Source: Candidatus Heimdallarchaeota archaeon (GTDB lineage: Archaea; Asgardarchaeota; Heimdallarchaeia; Hodarchaeales; Hodarchaeaceae). Taken from it: a DNA stretch of 23,411 nt. A program made the translations under genes and the position numbers. Below, one piece after another: positions 15,644 to 23,411 of this stretch. Numbering within the stretch: position 1 is the first letter of the stretch; each line of letters opens with the position of its first letter. The notes under the pieces are model-generated. The model saw only the letters and a program-made list of their open reading frames with translations. It was not told the origin of the DNA and did not search any database. Location: contig JBHLSH010000062.1 of assembly GCA_048881705.1 (NCBI GenBank), forward strand, positions 1 through 23,411. Direction: 5' to 3'.

Positions 15644-16975
15644 ATGAGTGAACCCAAGTCTGCTCCTGTGCAATTTCCCGTGGCTATCTTCAAGGCAGTG
15701 GAGCACATGCTGCGGGGGATGAACTACGATCAGCAGCACGAGGTGGATAAAGCCAAACGGCACTATCGTGCCACTTCAAAGATCCTATTAGACGTCATAA
15801 ACCGTGTTTCCGATGTGCCTTATGAAAAGCTGTGGTTAACCCAAGCACAGATCTGTAACAATCGAGTCAAACAATTAATGTTCGGAGATAGAAACAAGTC
15901 TGCACAAGCTATGTCTCGGAGGCCATCTTCGAATAATCTAGCCACGAAGGCAGAGTCAAAGCACCAAAGGGGCCCTCAATCACAGGATGAAGACAAAGAA
16001 TTAGAGGAACGAATTGACGCGTGTCTGCTGAGTCCACGCGCCAAGTTAACATGGGATGATCTCATTGGACTAGACAAAATAGTGGAATTAGTCAAGGAGG
16101 TCGTTGTCTTGCCATTAAAGCATCCTAAGGTGCTCCAGAAACGGCCAGGAGCCCTCCGGACAGTGCTGACGTTTGGGCCACCTGGGTGTGGGAAAACACT
16201 GCTTGTTATGATCTTGACGGCACAAGTGAACATTAACGTCTATGCCGTATCCGCGGCGAGTCTGCTTTCGAAATGGTTCGGAGAGAGTCAGAAGATGATA
16301 AAGAAACTTTACACGACTGCTTGGAAGAATGCGCCTTCGATTGTCTTCATAGATGAGTTTGATGGGATGTTCGGGACAACGGGAGGCAATAGCGAGATGT
16401 CAAGTACGGTGGTTCAGATTCAAAAGGAATTATTGCAGTATATGGATGGTGCCTATACCCCAGAAATCAATCAGACCGTAACAATTGCAGCAACTAATAA
16501 TCCATGGGCATTGGATTCGGCCCAAGTGCGACGATTTGAACGGGTCTTGTATGTACCGCCTCCAAATCTGGAAGCAATCCAACATCTCTTAGCATGGGGG
16601 TTCCTAGAAGTTCCGAATAGCCTTAGGTCGCATGATCGCTATCAGCTCGGACTTCTGCTCAGAGGGTATACGCCCAGTGAAATAATCAATATCTGCAAGA
16701 CGGCCAAGGTACGGGCCTTCAAAGCAGGAATCCAGAACAATAAAATGCAATCCGTAAGTCGAGAGGATGTGTTGGCCAGTCTGGAGACGTTACAACCCAT
16801 GTTGAAACAACGAGGAAAAGCGGGAGTAGGAACCATTGAGTTTCGGAAGTGGAATCGCAAATGGGGGCGACCGCCCATTGAGTATCCAGTGGAACCATGG
16901 GAAGAACCTGCCTACCATCCTTCACAGGATCCCGATTTACAAAAGGAAAACTTGGTGAAATACTCCAAGTGGTGA
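15644..16975 (+). CDS. vps4: Vps4/CdvC-like AAA+ ATPase with N-terminal MIT-like domain
   Basis: Helical N-domain, LTWDDLIGL, Walker A GPPGCGKT, pore loop SKWFGES, Walker B IVFIDE, ATNNPW, RRFE Arg finger and a terminal FRKWNRKWG helix. Orthology to true Vps4 is unproven. Confidence 0.8.
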   Translation: MSEPKSAPVQFPVAIFKAVEHMLRGMNYDQQHEVDKAKRHYRATSKILLDVINRVSDVPYEKLWLTQAQICNNRVKQLMFGDRNKSAQAMSRRPSSNNLATKAESKHQRGPQSQDEDKELEERIDACLLSPRAKLTWDDLIGLDKIVELVKEVVVLPLKHPKVLQKRPGALRTVLTFGPPGCGKTLLVMILTAQVNINVYAVSAASLLSKWFGESQKMIKKLYTTAWKNAPSIVFIDEFDGMFGTTGGNSEMSSTVVQIQKELLQYMDGAYTPEINQTVTIAATNNPWALDSAQVRRFERVLYVPPPNLEAIQHLLAWGFLEVPNSLRSHDRYQLGLLLRGYTPSEIINICKTAKVRAFKAGIQNNKMQSVSREDVLASLETLQPMLKQRGKAGVGTIEFRKWNRKWGRPPIEYPVEPWEEPAYHPSQDPDLQKENLVKYSKW

Positions 16976-17054
16976 GAGAGGGTATGAGCAGTAGACGAGG
17001 AATCTAGCGGGAACGGGGGTCTCTCCAGATGCACAGCACATGAGGTGGAGAGGA

Positions 17055-20000
17055 ATGGCAGAGACAGAAAAACAAAGGGAGGCCGACACAACAGAGAAAG
17101 ACACCACTAGTACGAATGGTACGGATGAAAGTGGCGAAGGGGAGTTACCGGAGGAAGAGACACCCTCTATTATACCAGAAGAAGAGGAAAAATACGAAGC
17201 CGCTGTTACAGCGGATGAAATCGAGTTTCAGTCAACAGAGACCGTGGAATTAGACAGTTCTCTTCTGAACGACAATGACCATGATAGCACCCTCGGAGGG
17301 AATCATGTCACACTTGACAGTGAGGCCATGGATGAGGTTGAATCTTCTTCTCCTGAATCTCTAGGTAGAGACTTGGATTTGACTTCGACGGGAAGAGACG
17401 TATCATCAACCCCTATGACCGATTCTGATCTACGAGAGCTTACCACTGAGCCACTTATATTAGACGAACGTGAATCACTTCTTGAGGATGAAACAGACAA
17501 GAATGAGCTATCGCAGAAGGTCGAGAAACTCACAGTTGAAATCACTGAGATTGACAAGATAGAAGTTTATCGAGATATCCTGGCCATTGAGTATCTAGAC
17601 TTGGAAGAAGTTGCGGAGGGAAAAAAATCCTTGTCAGATATTCCCGAGGAGAAGTATTCTAATCAACCTTCAACGACTCTTTTAGAACCTCCGTCTGAAG
17701 TCCCTGTTGAAGCAAAAGAAGTAAGTGCCGATTCACAGGAAATGGTGACGATCCAGTTCCTAGGGCCACCCCTAGAGGGGGAGGTAAAGGCGGAAAGGGA
17801 GCAGTGGAACGAGCTTGAACGGCAGGAACTGGATATCATTGAACACACACCAGATGTGACTGAACCCATCTATGAACATACTGTTGATCAAGAACTTAGT
17901 GATCTAGAACTGGCACGGTTGCAACAAGCACTCGAAAAGCAGGGTCAGGAATGGAAAAAAAGTCAAGAAGAAATCGAGGCCCAACAGGGAGGGAAGGAAG
18001 AAGAGGCTGAAAAACAGGAGAATATTGACTTTCTGAATTCATCGCAGCTTAGAGAGAACGGTGAAGTTGCTTTATTCCACGAGGTTCAGGTGGGTAACGA
18101 GTCATTTGAACTAGGTCAAGCCGCAATTAGTCCACAGCATTTACTGGAAAGTTCCCAATGGAAAGGTGACATTACTCAAAAACAAGTCGAAGATCTATCG
18201 TTTCAGTTTACCGAAAAAGATCTCCTAATGACGGAGATGGCAAGTGATATTTCTCTCTATGCCCAGAATGTTAACCCATCAGAGGAAATTACCAGTGAAA
18301 ACATCAATGGAGATCTACTAGAACAAGTCACCCTCACAACACAGGATGTGGAGGCGAGATCATTAGATGAAGACACAGAATACCGATTAATAGACCATGA
18401 GAATCTATTCGGGGAGTTAGAGGAGCCTATTCAAGGAACGTCTCAATCACTTGAGCAGCATCTATTTGAAGAAACACTCCCAAAGGTTCAATTTTTTGAT
18501 AGTACTACAGATCTGGGTTCAGAATCCTATGAAGAGGATCTGGAGCTGGTTACGCAAGCCCCACAACTACCTGAACCACCTTCGTACGATTTCTTAGGAG
18601 AATTAGAAGAACAGGAAGAGTTTGACCGGGAACTACGTCATAAATACCGGGGCAGTCTACGTTCTCATCTAATACATTCTTTAGGGGGAGCCCGCTTTCG
18701 TAAACAAACCGCTTTGACATATGGGAGGGGAGAATCGGAGGATGACTCTTCTAGGCCATTACATGCCCAAAAGATGGAGACCTCCGAATTAAGGAGCGGT
18801 CAAGAAGAAAAAGATAAAGAATCCGACTTGAAACAAGAATTCAAGTTTAATTCAATGGAGACCAGGTTAGATGGGCAAGTCTTATCGAGAGAGGAATCAG
18901 ACAAACAAGCCACCTTACTTTACAATGATTTAATCGATGTACCACATAATTTGCGCGTTTGGAGCCATCTAGCACATCATGAAGAGTATCTTCGCTTTGC
19001 AGGGGCAGGTGTACTTTTTGACGCTCTTCCACCCACCCAAGAAGAACGACTCATAATTTTTGAAACGCTATTCAATGGACTATGGGAAAAAGCGAAGGAA
19101 AAGTTAATCTCATATGTTCGAGTTCGGAACCTTCCCGTAGATCCTCAAATTTTTGATATCATCTTTACCTCCTTAACAGAAAACATGCTGTGGAATGTGA
19201 TAGATCCGGAATGGACCCAGGCATTTTTTATCAGTAGATCAGCCTGGAATCAACAAGATAGGGAGGAACACTTGAATCTGAGCGGAAAAACGGTCATTAG
19301 TTTCTCGTCAAGTGATCATTCCATGTCAACATTAATAGGAGCTAAAACGCATTCCGCTTCGTTTCAATTACTAGAACCTAAAATCAATCCTTCTCAATTC
19401 AGAAACGTCTCAAATTGGATTATTGGATTTGAAAACTATATTAAAGGAATGCAACCAGACAGAGGATTAAAACAAGTCCCTATTCCCGTTTCTCAGCGAT
19501 TTCCGCGTTCAAAATCTTCACAGGCCGGAGTGGCACCTAATCCTACACATTGGAGTTATGCAGAAAAAGGATTGTGGCGGCATCTAGCATCTCATCTTCC
19601 TATCCTAGAACGGAGAAGAACGTATGTTTATTTAAATCGAATTATGAAAACCAAACAGCAAGAAGAAACTCTTATATCCGCGATTATTGATCAGTCTTGG
19701 TCTTCAGCTAAGGGTTTGATCCATCAGTTTGCCAAGGCTGCACACGTTAACATTGACAAGGAAATAATAGGTTACATCGTAGATGAACTAAGTAGTCACA
19801 TTAAGATAAGATTTGATGAGAGTTCTGAAGGAATTTATACCATTACTTCACAAACAACTGGTGGATCGAAACTTGAAACCAAAGTCATTTTTAAATTGGA
19901 TCAACAATTGCAACAGGTACTCCCAAGGATCCACACTAAATCCTCACTCATCCCCGTACAAGAACCTGTTCTTCAGGAATGGGCACTTGGAAATATCGAC

Positions 20001-20915
20001 TATTGGTTCCAAGAATTGGCAAACTTGCAGGATCCAAAAAACCTAGAAATTTATCAAAAACAAATATTGGTTTATCCTTTATCGAATGAAAGGAAAGAAC
20101 TAGAAATAAGGATTGGGAGTTCCAAGTTTCGTTCGGAGAATTTATACGAATTATTTGATGAGGCGCTCGCAGGTGAGTATGAGTGGACTAATATTGAAAT
20201 TCCTCGGGATATAAAGCTCAGGATAGATTTCTTTAATTTTTCCTCTGGTGCGAGAATTGCAGGCCATACAAAGGTAACGGTTGATTCACGAGTTCTTGCT
20301 TCATTAATCCCAAAACCAACTGAAAAGCAAATTGAAAGAATGGTATTGCATAAGGGAGTCATGGATTGCATAATTACCTCGATCAATAGAGATGTAGAGA
20401 ATAGTTTTCAGTATGTATCAAGTCAGGTAAGATTTCCAGACATTGCAAAATTACCGAAAAATGAGGATTTGGATATAGACAAATTTGGTGAACCAGATTC
20501 TGCAAATTTCAGGAAACCAGATATAATTACGATAAACATACGAGAGGACGATGGAAAAACGAAGATAGTAATTTCCATCATTGATGTGAAAAGAGCACGG
20601 TCAGAATTCGGACATAGTATAGTTAAAAACTCCAAATATTCTGAAAGAGGACGAGGATGGGGACAACCCTTGCGCGATTCACTTGGAGTAATACATAAAA
20701 TCAAGTCCATCTTCCCAGAGGTTCCTGATGATGATATTGAAGTTTCCTGCATGGTACTAACGGCAAAATCAGAACAAGATGCCCATACTTTGATGGTAGA
20801 AGGGGATATACTATTTTCCCAACAACCCGTATCAAGGATATTTCCATATATTGGTCGAGTGTGTGACTCAAATGACCAGGTCTTCCGACTAATCCGTCGA
20901 ATAAGAAAAGAGTAA
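17055..20915 (+). CDS. Large acidic multidomain protein with two internal repeats and a C-terminal PD-(D/E)XK-like nuclease domain
   Basis: Glu/Asp-rich N-terminal ~530 aa, repeats 205 codons apart, C-terminal KPDII...IIDVK motif. Start at 17055 or 17040. Confidence 0.8.
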   Translation: MAETEKQREADTTEKDTTSTNGTDESGEGELPEEETPSIIPEEEEKYEAAVTADEIEFQSTETVELDSSLLNDNDHDSTLGGNHVTLDSEAMDEVESSSPESLGRDLDLTSTGRDVSSTPMTDSDLRELTTEPLILDERESLLEDETDKNELSQKVEKLTVEITEIDKIEVYRDILAIEYLDLEEVAEGKKSLSDIPEEKYSNQPSTTLLEPPSEVPVEAKEVSADSQEMVTIQFLGPPLEGEVKAEREQWNELERQELDIIEHTPDVTEPIYEHTVDQELSDLELARLQQALEKQGQEWKKSQEEIEAQQGGKEEEAEKQENIDFLNSSQLRENGEVALFHEVQVGNESFELGQAAISPQHLLESSQWKGDITQKQVEDLSFQFTEKDLLMTEMASDISLYAQNVNPSEEITSENINGDLLEQVTLTTQDVEARSLDEDTEYRLIDHENLFGELEEPIQGTSQSLEQHLFEETLPKVQFFDSTTDLGSESYEEDLELVTQAPQLPEPPSYDFLGELEEQEEFDRELRHKYRGSLRSHLIHSLGGARFRKQTALTYGRGESEDDSSRPLHAQKMETSELRSGQEEKDKESDLKQEFKFNSMETRLDGQVLSREESDKQATLLYNDLIDVPHNLRVWSHLAHHEEYLRFAGAGVLFDALPPTQEERLIIFETLFNGLWEKAKEKLISYVRVRNLPVDPQIFDIIFTSLTENMLWNVIDPEWTQAFFISRSAWNQQDREEHLNLSGKTVISFSSSDHSMSTLIGAKTHSASFQLLEPKINPSQFRNVSNWIIGFENYIKGMQPDRGLKQVPIPVSQRFPRSKSSQAGVAPNPTHWSYAEKGLWRHLASHLPILERRRTYVYLNRIMKTKQQEETLISAIIDQSWSSAKGLIHQFAKAAHVNIDKEIIGYIVDELSSHIKIRFDESSEGIYTITSQTTGGSKLETKVIFKLDQQLQQVLPRIHTKSSLIPVQEPVLQEWALGNIDYWFQELANLQDPKNLEIYQKQILVYPLSNERKELEIRIGSSKFRSENLYELFDEALAGEYEWTNIEIPRDIKLRIDFFNFSSGARIAGHTKVTVDSRVLASLIPKPTEKQIERMVLHKGVMDCIITSINRDVENSFQYVSSQVRFPDIAKLPKNEDLDIDKFGEPDSANFRKPDIITINIREDDGKTKIVISIIDVKRARSEFGHSIVKNSKYSERGRGWGQPLRDSLGVIHKIKSIFPEVPDDDIEVSCMVLTAKSEQDAHTLMVEGDILFSQQPVSRIFPYIGRVCDSNDQVFRLIRRIRKE

Positions 20916-20936
20916 AAACCAAATTTCCTCCGTTGA

Positions 20937-21626
20937 TTATTCATCCCAAAAACCTGGCGCAAAATAAAGAGAACAAGGATTTGAATCTTCTATTTCATTG
21001 TAGAGTTCGGGAGGAGGGAAAATGCTCCCCTGAGAATAAAAATATAACACAAATCCGTTCAGAAGTGTATGTTCAGTATTCTTTTGCAACAGGTCACTAA
21101 GTTTAATCCAAAAGTCATCAGGTGGTATCCCCCAGTACTGTATAAAGGGATTGAAAATCAAAGGCTCAAACACGAAGAACAAGAAACTATTGTCGAGTAA
21201 TGCGTTTCCTGGTAATCTGGGAAAGCCAAACCCTACCCAAGATATTTGTAAGACAAGCCAAACATATCGTAATTCGACCTCATCTTCAGAAGAAAGGTAC
21301 GATGTGGATGCTTTAAAATAGTCTGGACATAGAACTGGATTACACAAAAAACCAGGGGAACGGGTTACGGTGAAGTCAAATTCCTCTTTAGTCAATTTAT
21401 ATTTGACATCTGGGTGTATGAAAACGCGTTCCCTGCCATCACGTGGGACATTGATCTTGTAATCAAGCCATTCTTGGGGGGTATAAGTCAGCCATTTCTT
21501 GTCTCGGTCTGTCGGACGAAATTCGACGTGATCGGTTTGGTACTCAACCATATGTTGCGGGGGCCAGTCAGGAAACCGTTTCAGACACAGTTGGGAGAGT
21601 TTGTCATCAAATGGCACAATCATCAC
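20937..21626 (-). CDS. Hypothetical protein, candidate immunity/partner protein 1
   Basis: 229-aa ORF convergent on the nuclease gene, collinear paralog of 22669-23367, with its own TATA-like element (about 21668-21679). Function is inferred. Confidence 0.8.
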   Translation of the reverse strand: MMIVPFDDKLSQLCLKRFPDWPPQHMVEYQTDHVEFRPTDRDKKWLTYTPQEWLDYKINVPRDGRERVFIHPDVKYKLTKEEFDFTVTRSPGFLCNPVLCPDYFKASTSYLSSEDEVELRYVWLVLQISWVGFGFPRLPGNALLDNSFLFFVFEPLIFNPFIQYWGIPPDDFWIKLSDLLQKNTEHTLLNGFVLYFYSQGSIFPPPELYNEIEDSNPCSLYFAPGFWDE

Positions 21627-21842
21627 AAGGAAATAGTCTTGACAATATATCTCTTAACTCCCTTAAATACTTATAAAATAATCAAATTTCTCTCGATACT
21701 AGCTGTATCATATCTCGTATAACTACATAAAATTTCCAGGTATATAAGAGGGTTTAGAAATAAAGGGATGGACAAAAAACATCATAGCTAATAACTCTGA
21801 TGCGATACTCTCCTAGAGTCTCTGTTGTGAGCATCTGACAGG

Positions 21843-22652
21843 TTGAATAGGATTGGATATCGAACTTTTAATTCTGAGGATGTTATCAATTTGAAAGATA
21901 TGGAGGTAGGTAAACGCTCCCACAAGACCGAAGGAATACCCCTTACCAATGTTGAGCTTCGCTTACATCTTTTTAATTTTGGATCTGGAGAGAGGATAGC
22001 AGGGCATGCTCATATTTTGCTTGACCTTACAAACATAAATGCGATGACAAGATGGCATAGAGAGGAGGATATCGTAAAATTGATTACACAAGACCCCATT
22101 ATGGATTATATTATGGCTAATGTTGGGATTATAGATAAGAGTTTTCTATGGGTAAGTAAAGAAGTGGTTTTTACTGATTTGGACAAGCTACCTAAAAATC
22201 AAGATTTGGATAATGATCAGTATGGTATCCCTGAATATGCAGTACACAGGATAGCAGATATTCTTTGCGTTAGCGTTAAAGAATTGGGGGATCGGACCAA
22301 AATTGGAATTTTCGTCATTGATGTTAAAACGTCCCGTTCACGCTTTAGCCATGATATAATAACTTCTCCATTATCCTCAGGTAGAGGAAGAGGTTGGGGA
22401 CAACCCCTACGGAATTCACTTGGTGCCATCCACGTAGTTAAATCCATGTTTCCCCAACTTTCAGATGATGACATCGAGGTCTCATGTATAGTCATCACAG
22501 CAAAATTTAGTAATCATAGATCCATACTAACAGTAGATGGAGATATTGTTGTCTCTAGTGAACCTGTATCCCGAGTATTACCCTATGCGGGAAGACTATG
22601 CTATTCCAATGCTCAAATCTTTCGTTTAATCCGTAGAATCAAAGACCAGTAA
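21843..22652 (+). CDS. Orphan paralog of the C-terminal nuclease region of the 1291-aa protein
   Basis: Aligns from RIG to the end (FNF.SG.RIAGH, LPKN.DLD.D, D...IDVK, RGRGWGQPLR.SLG). Only a TTG start, with an in-frame stop at 21828-21830. Confidence 0.8.
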   Translation: MNRIGYRTFNSEDVINLKDMEVGKRSHKTEGIPLTNVELRLHLFNFGSGERIAGHAHILLDLTNINAMTRWHREEDIVKLITQDPIMDYIMANVGIIDKSFLWVSKEVVFTDLDKLPKNQDLDNDQYGIPEYAVHRIADILCVSVKELGDRTKIGIFVIDVKTSRSRFSHDIITSPLSSGRGRGWGQPLRNSLGAIHVVKSMFPQLSDDDIEVSCIVITAKFSNHRSILTVDGDIVVSSEPVSRVLPYAGRLCYSNAQIFRLIRRIKDQ

Positions 22653-22668
22653 CCGAAACATCGATATA

Positions 22669-23367
22669 TCAGGTTTCCACGTAATTCCAAAAAGCTTTGG
22701 GGAGATATAATGATTCAGGTTCTGGATCCATTATCTCTTCATAGAGGATCGGAGGTGGAAATATTCTTCCTTGTGAGGAGAAAAACAGATCAAATCCTCG
22801 ATGAAGCGTGTGATGATTTTCCCCTTCCATAATTTCGCTAAGTTTGATCCAAAAATCATCTGGAGGGGTTCCCCAATAGGTTATAAAGGGTTTAAAGATC
22901 AAGGGTTCAAACATGAACAATAGAAAGTCATCCTGAAGTAGAGCATTAATGGGTAACTTGGGAAAACCATATTGGACCCAAAGCATTTGTAATCCAAGCC
23001 AAACAAACCGATAGCTTACCTCATAGTCCGAAGTTAAATAAGAAGTCGCCCTTTTAAAATAATTGGGACATAAAACGGGATTGCATAATGTATTCAATGA
23101 GGAATCTTCTACAAACTCAAGTTCTTGCTTGGTTAGCTTATATTCGACCTCAGGATGCGTGTACACCCGTTGTCGACCATCATTTGGGATACTGAGCTTA
23201 TAATCCAACCATTCCTGTGGTGTGTAGGTCAACCATTCCCTCTCATCATCATCGGGGTGAAATACAATCGGATCGGTTTGGTGTTCAACCACGGGTGGCG
23301 GGGGCCAATCTGGATACAGTTTTAGACATAGTCGAGAAAGCTTGTCATCAAATGGCATAGCGATCAC
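22669..23367 (-). CDS. Hypothetical protein, candidate immunity/partner protein 2
   Basis: 232-aa paralog of 20937-21626 (WLTYTPQEWLDYK, LCNPVLCP.YFK, FEPLIF.PFI.YWG.PPDDFWIKLS), in the same convergent arrangement. Confidence 0.8.
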   Translation of the reverse strand: MIAMPFDDKLSRLCLKLYPDWPPPPVVEHQTDPIVFHPDDDEREWLTYTPQEWLDYKLSIPNDGRQRVYTHPEVEYKLTKQELEFVEDSSLNTLCNPVLCPNYFKRATSYLTSDYEVSYRFVWLGLQMLWVQYGFPKLPINALLQDDFLLFMFEPLIFKPFITYWGTPPDDFWIKLSEIMEGENHHTLHRGFDLFFSSQGRIFPPPILYEEIMDPEPESLYLPKAFWNYVET

Positions 23368-23411
23368 TGATAATTATGCTTCATTGAATTTGATATTCTA
23401 AGACTTATATA

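Noticed and set aside
20072-22498. Antisense ORFs 20072-20386, 20423-20962, 21414-21722 and 22217-22498
   Set aside because: Shadows of well-supported genes. The similarity between 20423-20962 and 22217-22498 follows from the sense-strand paralogy.

Overview
Archaeal DNA, probably Asgard. This is inferred from a MIT-domain Vps4-like ATPase, archaeal-type VapBC/PIN, HTH_10 and winged-HTH regulators, and TATA-like promoters. A small GC-richer core contains a minus-strand operon (wHTH, then two zinc-ribbon membrane proteins, 9563-11036) and, on the plus strand, a Vps4-like AAA ATPase plus a 1291-aa acidic protein ending in a PD-(D/E)XK-like nuclease domain. Around this core, accessory DNA has accumulated at three places, each anchored on a partial copy of a core gene. 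(1) From 1 to 9640, six orphan copies of the 3' end and downstream region of the 193-aa zinc-ribbon gene, all in one orientation, separate six compact 0.7-2.6 kb cargo modules: steroid 5-alpha-reductase-like; PNPOx-like plus Pr6Pr; VapBC; S41 peptidase; antitoxin-PIN; two surface proteins. This is an integron-like cassette array with no integrase in view and no canonical attC. (2) A ~230 bp copy of the 5' end of the ATPase gene and the intact gene flank a ~3.9 kb cargo block. (3) The nuclease C-terminus and its convergent partner gene are repeated as a diverged orphan module, resembling a polymorphic toxin/immunity cassette. No rRNA, tRNA, CRISPR, transposase or integrase was recognised. All functional calls come from motif recognition by eye, not database searches.
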